64,000 nucleotides of DNA from a virus, in IMG/VR virus record IMGVR_UViG_3300032308_002092, positions 32,001 to 96,000 of that record, one strand, 5' to 3'. A program made the translations under genes and the position numbers. Under the pieces are notes generated by a model. The model was not told where the DNA came from. It worked only from the letters and a program-made list of their open reading frames with translations, and did not search any database. Below are positions 46,078 through 55,832 of this stretch, piece by piece; position 1 is the first letter of the stretch, and each line of letters begins with the position of its first letter.

Positions 46078-46965
46078 TTACATGTCGTCTGGGTGTCTTA
46101 TACCTAGAAAGGACTGAAAAACAGGGAACCTAGGCTTGTCTTTCTTGCCTGCTTCTTGACTTTTAACCTTGGCTATCTGGCCGAGGTACTTGTCGCGGTT
46201 GCTCCATATCTGTTTGCGTAGGGCGTCGTCGAAACCGGTCCCACATTTGAAGATAACGCCATCCTCGGATTGTAGGATCAGACTCCCTAATGTCTCCATC
46301 GGTACCATATTCTCTTTGTGGGAGGATCTCTTCGTGTGACCTAGCTCATCTAAAGTAGCCTCATTCGCGTTGTGTAATCTCTCTTCAAAGCCGATGATCT
46401 TAGCCTCGAAGTCCGTGAACTGCTTGACCTTACCCAGCAGACCTTCCTTAAGGGTAGACCTACCGTTCTTGTATCGACCACTTGGTTTTCTAACCATGAC
46501 GCCTTCGTAGCCCTCAGATAAGGACTTGGCCTCATACTCTAGCAGCTCATCTACGGAGTGTATCAGCTTATGCTCGACTATCTTGATCCTGGGTAACCCT
46601 AGTCGCCTAACGAACTCGCTGGCTTTGTGATATCTGCTCTCGAAGGGTTCGTTCAGGTCGTTGCCGATGAGGTCGAAGATATGGTAGCTGAAGTCCGGGA
46701 TACCAGACTCTGACATGACTCCAGATGAAGATGAGTGGAAGGTGTTGCCAACGGTTAGCTCACCGTCGAAGTTCAGATCATACTCACAGATCTCTTCTAG
46801 GAATTGTCTGATGTATCCGTTTGGAATAGGTTTGAACTTACGAGATAGTACTTGCTTGTTTAGGACTAGGCACCTTATGCCGTCCAATTTAGGAGATGCG
46901 AGAACAGGGAAGAGTAGAGAACTTACGTCCTCTACTGTATCTGCTAACATAGGTTTTGTTATCAT
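46078..46965 (-). CDS. lig: ATP-dependent DNA ligase
   Basis: KLDGIR, FDGEL, FD, EGYEGVMVR, K.K, GTGF, PRFP. Confidence 0.92.
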   Translation of the reverse strand: MITKPMLADTVEDVSSLLFPVLASPKLDGIRCLVLNKQVLSRKFKPIPNGYIRQFLEEICEYDLNFDGELTVGNTFHSSSSGVMSESGIPDFSYHIFDLIGNDLNEPFESRYHKASEFVRRLGLPRIKIVEHKLIHSVDELLEYEAKSLSEGYEGVMVRKPSGRYKNGRSTLKEGLLGKVKQFTDFEAKIIGFEERLHNANEATLDELGHTKRSSHKENMVPMETLGSLILQSEDGVIFKCGTGFDDALRKQIWSNRDKYLGQIAKVKSQEAGKKDKPRFPVFQSFLGIRHPDDM

Positions 46966-47006
46966 TAGACACCTCGTTTGATATACGAGATGGGATCGGA
47001 AAGATC

Positions 47007-47735
47007 TTACTTAGTCTCTTCTTGAATTACTTCTAGTGGCACCATAGAACCAAAACCAGGGGTTCTGGTGTCAAGGTAGGAAACTACACCAGTGACTTCG
47101 CCCTTGGCGTTGATCATCGGCGACCCTGAACTACCGGGTGCTACGCCGATAGTAGTGTCAGTACTTACGCCGCTGAATACGCATGCCTCTACATCGCCGA
47201 AGATGGTCTCAATGGTTTTCCAAGAGAACACTTCTCCTTTGCAGTCTTCTTTGCTTTTCTGCATCGGTATCTCTACTTTACCCTTACCCACGATCATTCC
47301 GCTAGTGACGGACAAAGCGCGTCCAGCTGGGAACCCTACGACCCATGCTTCTTCTCTGGCTTGCTTATCTTGGGATAGCTTAAACGCTGGAGCATCACTC
47401 GGTAGCTTGTCCATGATGCAGAGATCACCCTTACCAGATAGCTTAAACTCTGAGAGAGTAAAGCCAACGCCATCGCTGTTGACAGCGGACTTACCCAGGG
47501 GAACCACTTGCTTGATCTTAAAGACGTCGCAGATATGTCCAGCGGTAACCAAGGTTGGCTCGCCGCCAATTTCCATGGCAAAAGCACTGCCAACGAATTG
47601 TCCGTTGATCTCAACTCGGTAAACTTTGTCTTCTGATCTCTCAGCGATTGAGATTGGGTCTAGCTTAGCAGAGCTAACCGATAGTGCCGTGATAGCTGCG
47701 ATAAACGCGCCCACTAGTAGGGAGATTGGGTCCAT
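47007..47735 (-). CDS. Exported trypsin-like serine protease
   Basis: Signal/TM; TAGHIC, DLC, PGSSGSP. Confidence 0.85.
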   Translation of the reverse strand: MDPISLLVGAFIAAITALSVSSAKLDPISIAERSEDKVYRVEINGQFVGSAFAMEIGGEPTLVTAGHICDVFKIKQVVPLGKSAVNSDGVGFTLSEFKLSGKGDLCIMDKLPSDAPAFKLSQDKQAREEAWVVGFPAGRALSVTSGMIVGKGKVEIPMQKSKEDCKGEVFSWKTIETIFGDVEACVFSGVSTDTTIGVAPGSSGSPMINAKGEVTGVVSYLDTRTPGFGSMVPLEVIQEETK

Positions 47736-47902
47736 GAATCACTCCTTTAGAGGGAGCACCACTTACCTACGAACGTGTAGCTGGGTCCTGCCCTTAGTTT
47801 ATAGACCATTGCCTCAGCCACAGCCATACTTAATTATACTACGTATTTTGTCCGACTGGTCAATAAGCTGATGAATAGAGTGGCTAAATAGATAAACACT
47901 TA

Positions 47903-48250
47903 TTATCGCTCACCTATTTGGTCTTCTAGCTGCTCTAGGAATTGATAGTTGAATAGGACTTTGTCTGAGTTTTGCCTTATGGCCTTAAAAAGGTCATCTT
48001 GGAAGACATCTTCTTTTCCTTCGTGGAGGGCTTTACAAAGTGCACCCCTGAACGTGTCTTGGGTGTCTACGTTGGGGTTTTGCTCGAAGTTATCTGCTGC
48101 TTTTTGTAGGTAGTCTGGTAGATGTAGGTCAAAATGTAGCCAAAAGTCAAGAACACCCTTGGCATCAGATGGGTCGATCTTCAGGTTCGTAAGCTTGTGT
48201 ACATTTACTTCGCTGCTCATTTCTTGATCTCCATTCTTTATTCTCATCAA
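47903..48250 (-). CDS. Hypothetical protein
   Basis: ORF; start uncertain. Confidence 0.55.
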   Translation of the reverse strand: MMRIKNGDQEMSSEVNVHKLTNLKIDPSDAKGVLDFWLHFDLHLPDYLQKAADNFEQNPNVDTQDTFRGALCKALHEGKEDVFQDDLFKAIRQNSDKVLFNYQFLEQLEDQIGER

Positions 48251-48496
48251 GGGTTATACGATGATTGACCGTCCAGACAGTCGAACGTAGTTGCATCAAA
48301 TACTTACGCAAAGCCCCTTGCTTGAGGTACAATTATCCTTACCACTGCTCATCAACGGAGGCTGCAATGAATTTCTGTATTCCACAATCCAATCAGCATA
48401 TTGGCGTTCGCCTTACATATATTATGGGCTACTACCAAGCCACCTCTGTTTAGTACAAATTAACATCTCCCATGAGAACAAAGGACGCGGAAAGCT

Positions 48497-49486
48497 ATGC
48501 TTACCGATAAGCGACTTGTCTATAGACCGTTTCACTACCCACAGGCCTTCGAGTACTTCACGAAGCAGCAACAGGCACACTGGCTACCTACTGAAGTCAA
48601 GATGTCGGGCGACATAAAAGACTACAACGAGAATCTAACTGAAGCCGAGAAATCAGTGGTCATCAAGATCCTTCGTTTATTCACCAGCATTGAAGTGGAT
48701 GCTGAAGACTATTGGAACCAGGTATCCAAGTGGTTTGGCGGTCACCCAGAGATAGCTCAGATGGCAGCCTCGAACGCTTCGATGGAGGCAATTCATATTT
48801 GGGCCTATGACTACTTGAACACGAGCCTTAACTTGCCTCTGTCAGAGTACGAAGCATTCCTCAAAGATCCAGCGATGATGGCCAAGAAGGAGCGTCTGGG
48901 GCAAGTTTTGGGCAAGGTCAAGACACTTGAGGATAAGGCTGTTAGTTTAGCTGTCTTCTCTGCCTTCACTGAAGGGGTGTCTCTGTTCTCAAGCTTCGCG
49001 GTGCTTATGAGCTTCTCCAAGGCCAACAAGCTAAAGGGCGTAGCTAACGTCGTGGCATGGTCCGTGCGTGATGAGTCGCTCCATAGCGATGCTGGCTGCT
49101 GGCTGTTTCGTACCTTGGTAGAAGAGAGGCCACATCTGCTCACGGACGACGTCAAAGAGCGCGTCATCGACGCCGCTCGTGTAGCAGTGTCGTTAGAGGA
49201 CGACTACATTGATGCCGTGTTCTCTAATGGCGAGATAGAGCACATCTCTAGCAAAGACCTCAAAGCCTACATTAGGTTTAGGGCCAACACGAAGCTGAAT
49301 GACCTTGGCCTCAAGAAGAACTGGAAATCAATTGATATGGAAGCCGTCAAGCGCATCACATCTTGGTTTGATGTAATGGTTTCCGGTAACGAGCACGCAG
49401 ACTTTTTCGCTGTTAAAAGCACTGCGTACTCCAAGGGCAACGTAAACTGGGATACTCTGGACTTCGACGCGGAGAAATACAAATGA
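48497..49486 (+). CDS. nrdB: Ribonucleotide reductase class I beta subunit
   Basis: E..H..AY, EG..LFSSF, RDESLH, DFF...TAY. Confidence 0.93.
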   Translation: MLTDKRLVYRPFHYPQAFEYFTKQQQAHWLPTEVKMSGDIKDYNENLTEAEKSVVIKILRLFTSIEVDAEDYWNQVSKWFGGHPEIAQMAASNASMEAIHIWAYDYLNTSLNLPLSEYEAFLKDPAMMAKKERLGQVLGKVKTLEDKAVSLAVFSAFTEGVSLFSSFAVLMSFSKANKLKGVANVVAWSVRDESLHSDAGCWLFRTLVEERPHLLTDDVKERVIDAARVAVSLEDDYIDAVFSNGEIEHISSKDLKAYIRFRANTKLNDLGLKKNWKSIDMEAVKRITSWFDVMVSGNEHADFFAVKSTAYSKGNVNWDTLDFDAEKYK

Positions 49487-51174
49487 AAACCCTAGAAGAA
49501 CTTAAAGCAGAAGGTTCCGCCCCAAGCTGGCTCAATGACCCAGGGCTTCAGACTTTGCGTGGCGGGTATCTACAGAAAGATGAGACGCCAAAGGAAATGT
49601 GGCTCAGAGTGTCTAACGCCTCTGCCGACAGACTAGGTAAGCCTGAGCTTGCTCCTCGATTCTTTGAGCTGTTCTGGAATGGATGGCTTTGTGGTAGCAC
49701 CCCCGTCCTGGCTAATATGGGGACCCAACGTGGTCTACCCATCTCTTGCTTCGCGAACCACGTACCAGACACCACTACAGGTATCTGGCAAGGCGCCCAT
49801 GAGATCGCTATGTTGAGTAAGTTCGGCGGAGGCGTAGCTTCGTACTGGGGCGACGTCAGAGCTAAAGGCTCGCCTATATCTACTGGTGGTACTACGGAAG
49901 GCATAGTCCCCTTCCTAAAGGTATACGACTCTACTATCGTGGGTGTCAGCCAAGGCTCTACTAGACGTGGCAGCATGGCGGTTTACCTACCATGGGACCA
50001 CGGCGACGCCCTGGACTTCCTCAGGATTCGCCGCCCAGAGGGAGACGTCAATCGTCAGTGCTTGAACCTACACCATGGTATTTGCTTAGACGACAACTTC
50101 TTTGACCTGCTAGCAGCAGGGGATAAGAAGGCGCGTGAGTTTGCCTCAGAACTATACAAAGCTCGTTTAGAAACCGGTGAGCCTTACGTCTTCTTCACCG
50201 ACAACGTGGCTAGGAACAGACCACAAGCCTACAAAGATCTAGGGCTAGAGGTTAAGACCAGTAATTTGTGCTCAGAGATAATGCTCTATACCGATCCAGA
50301 GCACACCTTCGTATGCTGCTTGTCGTCCATGAACCTCACCAGATGGGAAGAATGGAAGAACACCGACGCGGTCTACTTGGCTACGTGGTTCCTAGAAGGC
50401 GTCATGTCGGAGTTCATCGCTAAGGCAGAAGGTCTTCCAGGCATGGAAGCTGCGGTTAGGCACGCCAAGAAGGGCAGAGCTTTAGGTCTTGGCGTACTAG
50501 GCTTTCACTCTATGCTGCAAGACAAAGGACTAGCGTTCGGCGACTTCGGAGCTAATATCTTGAACAAAGCTATCTTCAAGAAGATGCGTGAGGAAGCCAC
50601 TAGAGCAAGTCAAGAAATGGCCAAGGAGTACGGTAAGCCAGAGTGGTGCAAGACTACGGACCAAAGGCACACTCACCTACTTGCAGTCGCGCCAACTGCG
50701 TCGAACAGCGTAATTTCTGGCGACTGCAGCCCTGGGATAGAGCCGTTCAACGCCAACGTGTTCGTGAAGAAGACTGCCAAAGGTACGTTCATCACCTACA
50801 ACCATAGTCTAAAGAAGCTACTGGCAGACAAAGGTAAGGACACCGAAGAAGTATGGCGACAGATATCTGGGGACTCTGGTTCCGTTAGGAGTTTGGAGTT
50901 CTTATCTGAGCAAGAGAAGGCTACGTTTCATACCGCTTTTGAGATCGACCAAAGAGATGTAGTAGATCTAGCAGCGGACAGACAGAAGTATATCGATCAA
51001 GGTGCTTCGAATAACTTATTCTTTGCAGCAGACGTAGATCCAAACTACTTCCACGCGGTTCACTTGAGAGCATACAAGAAAGGTATAAACACCTTGTATT
51101 ATTGCAGAAGCAGCTCGGTTCTGAGAGCGGATATCAGCTCAAGAGATGGAGATTGTAAGGCCTGTGAGGGATGA
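49483..51174 (+). CDS. nrdA: Ribonucleotide reductase class I alpha subunit (short, no ATP cone)
   Basis: STPV, ISCF, SNLCSEI, APTASNS, TLYY, C-terminal CKACEG. Confidence 0.93.
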   Translation: MKTLEELKAEGSAPSWLNDPGLQTLRGGYLQKDETPKEMWLRVSNASADRLGKPELAPRFFELFWNGWLCGSTPVLANMGTQRGLPISCFANHVPDTTTGIWQGAHEIAMLSKFGGGVASYWGDVRAKGSPISTGGTTEGIVPFLKVYDSTIVGVSQGSTRRGSMAVYLPWDHGDALDFLRIRRPEGDVNRQCLNLHHGICLDDNFFDLLAAGDKKAREFASELYKARLETGEPYVFFTDNVARNRPQAYKDLGLEVKTSNLCSEIMLYTDPEHTFVCCLSSMNLTRWEEWKNTDAVYLATWFLEGVMSEFIAKAEGLPGMEAAVRHAKKGRALGLGVLGFHSMLQDKGLAFGDFGANILNKAIFKKMREEATRASQEMAKEYGKPEWCKTTDQRHTHLLAVAPTASNSVISGDCSPGIEPFNANVFVKKTAKGTFITYNHSLKKLLADKGKDTEEVWRQISGDSGSVRSLEFLSEQEKATFHTAFEIDQRDVVDLAADRQKYIDQGASNNLFFAADVDPNYFHAVHLRAYKKGINTLYYCRSSSVLRADISSRDGDCKACEG

Positions 51175-51928
51175 AATAAAAGTTAAAATTTGCACAAAAT
51201 GTAATCAAAGCAAGTCTGTTTCTATGTTTTCTAAAAATAACGTAAAGCAAGATAATTTAATGCCTTCTTGCAAGGACTGCAATAGGAAGTATTATGTTGA
51301 TAACAAAGAAAAAATTAAAGAAAGAGTTGCTAATTATTACGAAAAGAACAAAAAGGAAATAATTAACAAACAGAATGAGAAATTAAAACTAAATGAAAAT
51401 AGGCAGAAGTATAGAGATTATCAGCGAACATATCAGAGAGAATACCGTCGACTTAATAAAAAGACTCTCAAAAAGAAGCCACTAAGCGATCGACAAAAGG
51501 CGATGCGCCGCCAGAATTTTATAGAGTGGGCTATACGCAATAAGGATGCGCTACGCTCATATAAAAGAAAAAGGCTGTCTAGCAGCTTGTTATTTCAATT
51601 AAGAAACAGACTGTCTTCTAGACTAAGGCATATCCTATGTGGAAACACCCATAAGAGTAAAAGTACTGAAAAAATAATAGGATGTACAATGGATTTTTTA
51701 TTTCAGTATCTGGGTGTCGACAGTTTGGGAAATATTACAGATCTACATTTAGATCATATATGTCCTTGCTCACAAGCACAAGATCAAGAAGAATTACTTA
51801 AACTGCAACACTATTTAAACTTACGGCTAATTAAGGCTTCAGAAAATCTAAGTAAGTCTGATAAAAGAACCCCTGAAGCAGAAGAGAAGTGTCTTCAACT
51901 GCTAAGTAGGGAGTGGATAAACGCATAA
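51146..51928 (+). mobile_element. HNH-like homing endonuclease gene inserted at the nrdA 3' end
   Basis: AT-rich; CxxC..CxxC N-terminus; HLDHICP...HYLNL.......NLSKSD. Confidence 0.75.
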
Positions 51929-51994
51929 CACAATGGTGTTGACAATACCAAAACTCGCTTATATGACTCAGACTGCAAAGCGTGTGAGGGGTGA
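51929..51994 (+). pseudogene. Orphan copy of the nrdA C-terminus
   Basis: Reads HNGVDNTKTRLYDSDCKACEG-stop, duplicating the DCKACEG end of nrdA. Confidence 0.75.
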
Positions 51995-51995
51995 G

Positions 51996-52295
51996 CTACC
52001 CACCGTAGTAGAACGGTGAGTCGGGTAGGTAACTGAGTAGGTGTATGGTTTTATTGAGTCCAGTGTACGAATCGACTATAGTTTTTGTTCCCCATCGGTT
52101 TATATTACCTCTGTTGATAATAATCTTGCCAAGTTCTTTACCGTTAGAGTCGATGACTATCAGCAACACGTGTGTATCGAAATTAACAATACCGGGTAAA
52201 ATGAAGTTGATCTGACTTGAATCCAAAGATAGGTTGCCACTGTAAGCGTTTTCTTGTTTTACTACGTATTTTCCTAGATAAACTGTCTCTTTCAT
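51996..52295 (-). CDS. Hypothetical protein
   Basis: ORF with AGGAG RBS. Confidence 0.55.
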   Translation of the reverse strand: MKETVYLGKYVVKQENAYSGNLSLDSSQINFILPGIVNFDTHVLLIVIDSNGKELGKIIINRGNINRWGTKTIVDSYTGLNKTIHLLSYLPDSPFYYGG

Positions 52296-52308
52296 GCGTT
52301 CTCCTTTA

Positions 52309-52917
52309 TTACTTCTTGGTTCTCTCGATATACGCTTCGATCTCACTTAGTGGCACCGGGGTGAAGTTCCAGGCATCGACACCCACGTGGATCTGCTGTC
52401 CGCGGAATCTTTGTGCGTTGTGGGTATGTCCATGGATCAGATACTGCCCGTGCTGCTCTGGTCTACGGTCTAGGTACCTAAGGTCGTTCCTAGAGCTTGT
52501 CATCCTAAAGAGCTGTTTGAACCAGCCCACCGCTTTCTGCTTCTTACTGGGGGCGAACGGGTAGTGCTTGATCTGTACGTCTTCGCCTGCTATGTTTAGC
52601 CATAGGTCCTCAAGCACATACTCAAAGCCGAAGCTGAGCATCTTTCGAGGTGAGAAGTCGTGGTTACCACGAACTAGTATCTTCCTGCCGTTTAGCCTAT
52701 CCATTATCTTAGTGCAAGAGATTATGTTCTTTACGAAGAAGCAGTCTCCGACCCACACGCAGATGTCTTCTGGTCCGACTACGGAATTGTAGTTCTTGAT
52801 CAGAGTCTCGTGCATCTCAGTGAGATCCGCAAACGGTCGGTTGCAGAGTCGAATCACGTTCTTGTGGAAGAAGTGTGGGTCTGACCAGAAGAATACTCTA
52901 GCATTTCCAAGATTCAT
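52309..52917 (-). CDS. Calcineurin-like metallophosphoesterase
   Basis: SDPHF.H, VGD, GNHD, HGHTH, VGVD. Confidence 0.88.
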   Translation of the reverse strand: MNLGNARVFFWSDPHFFHKNVIRLCNRPFADLTEMHETLIKNYNSVVGPEDICVWVGDCFFVKNIISCTKIMDRLNGRKILVRGNHDFSPRKMLSFGFEYVLEDLWLNIAGEDVQIKHYPFAPSKKQKAVGWFKQLFRMTSSRNDLRYLDRRPEQHGQYLIHGHTHNAQRFRGQQIHVGVDAWNFTPVPLSEIEAYIERTKK

Positions 52918-52982
52918 GTGACCCTCCGTATTTTGTTATTATGATCGGGTATAACTACCTAGTAACCCAAGGAGGATATACT

Positions 52983-53249
52983 ATGCCTATCGTAGCTGCT
53001 AGTCTTAAAGCCAAGATGGAAACTAGGATTCTAAACGAATTGAAGAAAGCATTCTCAGCCGATGGCGCAGCTAGTCCAGATGCGCAGAAGAACTGGGCAG
53101 CTATCGCTAAAGCGGTATCCGCTAGTGCAGAGGACATCTGCGCTATGTTGCTCACAGAGGCTCAGGTTGCGCCGGGTATCCCGGTCGCGACTGCAGGCTC
53201 ACCGGCTGCCCAAACTGGAGCAACAACTTCCCCGGGAAAGCTACTTTAG
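52983..53249 (+). CDS. Putative baseplate spike-tip-like virion protein
   Basis: C-terminal V.PGIPVATAGSPAAQTGATT..G motif; lone + strand gene with GGTATAAC and AGGAGG upstream. Confidence 0.45.
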   Translation: MPIVAASLKAKMETRILNELKKAFSADGAASPDAQKNWAAIAKAVSASAEDICAMLLTEAQVAPGIPVATAGSPAAQTGATTSPGKLL

Positions 53250-53477
53250 TCTATAAGACCTAATCACGTTCTTGTTGTTCTTCTTTCTCTCTTCTTCGAC
53301 CTTCTTGCGAGTATCTTGGTTCTTCTGTTCGATCTCATCGAACGCGGTTACCTCTATCTTAGGCTTGTTCTTTAGCTTCTCTTGAGTTAGGTTCTTGAAT
53401 ATAGAGACAACGTTCTCTTCAGGTGCTTGCTCTGTGGTCTCTTCGCTAAGGTCTTCTACTAGTTCTTTTTCGTTCAT
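53241..53477 (-). CDS. Hypothetical protein
   Basis: ORF ending N..V.RSYRLK. Confidence 0.55.
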   Translation of the reverse strand: MNEKELVEDLSEETTEQAPEENVVSIFKNLTQEKLKNKPKIEVTAFDEIEQKNQDTRKKVEEERKKNNKNVIRSYRLK

Positions 53478-53519
53478 CTCTGTCTCCTAAGTCTTATCTA
53501 TTATAAGCCAGCCCCTCAG

Positions 53520-53849
53520 TTACTTCCAGTTCCTTCCTTGAAAGGAGTTGGTCTGACGTTGCTCATCTAAATCAGTAGGTTGCGCGTAAATGGCCGCAAT
53601 GTAGTGGCTTAGATCGCCATGCTCTTGCACACTAGTGTACCACTTAGATACCGAGTAGTCTAGTAAATGAGCCGTGATATCATCAGCTTTTGAGTCAATG
53701 CTGTACCAGTGATGGCCATCTTTGATATACCTAGTGGACTCTGTGACCCTAGAGTTACGGTCAGTAAAGAATAGCACCACGCAGGTACTAGACTTCACAT
53801 GGGAAGAGATCTCTTGGTTGCCTATAGTAATAAGACTCTTGATCATCAT
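53520..53849 (-). CDS. Hypothetical protein
   Basis: Start MMIKS with GGAGG RBS and CCGA motif. Confidence 0.55.
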   Translation of the reverse strand: MMIKSLITIGNQEISSHVKSSTCVVLFFTDRNSRVTESTRYIKDGHHWYSIDSKADDITAHLLDYSVSKWYTSVQEHGDLSHYIAAIYAQPTDLDEQRQTNSFQGRNWK

Positions 53850-53889
53850 GTCTAACCCTCCCGTTTCATAAGATATATTATATCGGGAA

Positions 53890-54186
53890 TTACGCTTCGG
53901 ATGGATACTCACTATCGTCGCCGTCACCGCGACCATCGCTATTTCCGGTATTGCCATCGCCGTCGGTGTGGCCATAATTAGTGCCAAAGCCGTAGCCATC
54001 CCCGTGGGTAAGTATGAACTGCTCGTCTGCATCTCTGTGACCAGACGCATACCCATCCCCTTCTAGGCAGAAGAAGTAGAAACAATGGTGCTGATCATTT
54101 CCATAGCCGTTTCCACTCATATATTTACTCATATACATAGAGTGGGGTGATCCGCTACCATCTATTTCTAGCTTGCCTGTGATCAT
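53890..54186 (-). CDS. Orphan ninth Gly/Asp/Tyr-rich mini-protein (ends PSEA)
   Basis: LEIDGSG...GDGYG...PSEA. Confidence 0.7.
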   Translation of the reverse strand: MITGKLEIDGSGSPHSMYMSKYMSGNGYGNDQHHCFYFFCLEGDGYASGHRDADEQFILTHGDGYGFGTNYGHTDGDGNTGNSDGRGDGDDSEYPSEA

Positions 54187-54677
54187 TTATCATACTTCCT
54201 AAACCTAGGTTTAGTGAATAATTCTTTGACACAGTAGTCCCATTTGTCTTTTGCCATATTGATCTTGTTTCGATCGATGTAGGTGCTGATCAAACAACTA
54301 TCGTCATCGTGGTCCTGGTCTATAGCGTGGCCTAGCTCGTGGTACATGGTCATCCTAAGATCGGGCGTCTGCGGGTCGATCACTATAGATCTGATCACGC
54401 CATACTGTGGGGTAGCTTTGTCTTTGAATGAGTTAGATTCCCTCATCCACCCCCACCTACTACGGTGGACACCGATAGTGTTGTCTTCTAAGTCGCCCCA
54501 TCGAATACTAGTTATGGTCTCTTTGGCTACGTTGCACTCTTTGCGGTAGTCGGTATTCTCGCAATCTGCAAAGAACTGCTCTACGTATGGTCTGAGATCA
54601 GGGTCTATGTCCATGTCGTCGACCAACGTAGAGCCGCAAGAGGATAGTAGTGGCAGCAAAACAAGTAGCTTTTTCAC
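54183..54677 (-). CDS. Lipoprotein zinc metallopeptidase (HExGH)
   Basis: LSSC lipobox; YHELGHAI...H. Confidence 0.7.
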   Translation of the reverse strand: MKKLLVLLPLLSSCGSTLVDDMDIDPDLRPYVEQFFADCENTDYRKECNVAKETITSIRWGDLEDNTIGVHRSRWGWMRESNSFKDKATPQYGVIRSIVIDPQTPDLRMTMYHELGHAIDQDHDDDSCLISTYIDRNKINMAKDKWDYCVKELFTKPRFRKYDK

Positions 54678-54700
54678 GCGAACACCTCACTGACACTGCT

Positions 54701-55819
54701 TCACTTTACTTGGAACTTATACTCATCTTGAGTTACAAGTCGGAACGTAGACCCGCCGTCTACAGAGATCTCAAGAGCGAGAGCGATCTGTGTTGCTGGG
54801 CCTTGGAAGTAATCGATCGAGAAGGAATGCCATCCTGGTAATGCCCATGCGGTACCGTTCTTGGATTGCGGAGGATGTAGACCGTCGTTGTCGATGATCG
54901 TGATCTCGCAATCGCCAAGGCGGAATCTTGCACCGTCGTCGCTGGTCAATCTGAAAACACACTTGTCGTCTTTGCAAGCAGGTAGCTCGATGAATCCTCG
55001 GTATTGGATGCCGTACCATGTTGTCTTCGTAAATGCCGGCGTAAAGGTGCCTGGGTAGCCCAAGCTTGACTGCCTGTTGAATATAGACAGATCGTTGACC
55101 TTAACCGAGGAGACGGGCGTCATGGAGCTGTAGTTGGGTATCGAAGGCGTGTTGACTGCAAGGTCGTATACGTTGCCCTTGAGACCGAATGACCAGCAGC
55201 CGCCAGCGCAGCCATCGTTGATCACAGTCGTGCCGTTAGCGCAAGTGATAGTGGTCTGACCCAGCGAGTTAGTGCCTAGCGTACAGCCGACGCCATCTTT
55301 TCCGTCTTTACCATCCTTACCAGCAACACCTGTGTTACCAGTATCGCCTTTGTCACCCTTAGGGCCTTGGAGGAGTTTGTAAGCAGTCGAGTCGGTACAG
55401 CGAACCCATCCGTCTGACGTGACTGTGCAAGACGTTCCGTTAGTTCCATTGGTTCCGTTAGTTCCATTAGCACCCTTGTCGCCTTTATCTCCCTTATCTC
55501 CTTTGTCACCCTTAACGGAGACAAACTCAAATGCCAATCCATTAGGACACTTAACCTTAACCATGCCGCTCTCTACTTTGGAGATGCACTGGTTACAGTC
55601 TTTTGAGTTAGGAAAGGCAGGTGGCAGAGCAACTGTTTGACCGCCAGTACATGTAAGCGATGCGCCATCTGGTGTGACTGTGCAAAGCCCGAGTTCTTGG
55701 TCCTGCATGTCTACTGAGCCTTGTGGTGCTTCCTCACCCGGAAGAGGGACAGTCATTGTGGGCTCGCCACCACATGCGGAAATCAACAACGGAACTATAA
55801 AAACAAACCTCTTAAGCAT
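54701..55819 (-). CDS. Lipoprotein with collagen-like repeats and C-terminal PA14 domain
   Basis: ISAC lipobox; (GDK)n/(GTN)n repeats; F.L.SDDG...IDNDGLH...DYFQGP. Confidence 0.8.
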   Translation of the reverse strand: MLKRFVFIVPLLISACGGEPTMTVPLPGEEAPQGSVDMQDQELGLCTVTPDGASLTCTGGQTVALPPAFPNSKDCNQCISKVESGMVKVKCPNGLAFEFVSVKGDKGDKGDKGDKGANGTNGTNGTNGTSCTVTSDGWVRCTDSTAYKLLQGPKGDKGDTGNTGVAGKDGKDGKDGVGCTLGTNSLGQTTITCANGTTVINDGCAGGCWSFGLKGNVYDLAVNTPSIPNYSSMTPVSSVKVNDLSIFNRQSSLGYPGTFTPAFTKTTWYGIQYRGFIELPACKDDKCVFRLTSDDGARFRLGDCEITIIDNDGLHPPQSKNGTAWALPGWHSFSIDYFQGPATQIALALEISVDGGSTFRLVTQDEYKFQVK

Positions 55820-55832
55820 ACTCTCTCCTTGT

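Noticed and set aside
51146-51994. Group I intron in nrdA
   Set aside because: nrdA is already complete before the insert, and there is no non-coding room for an intron core around the ORF.
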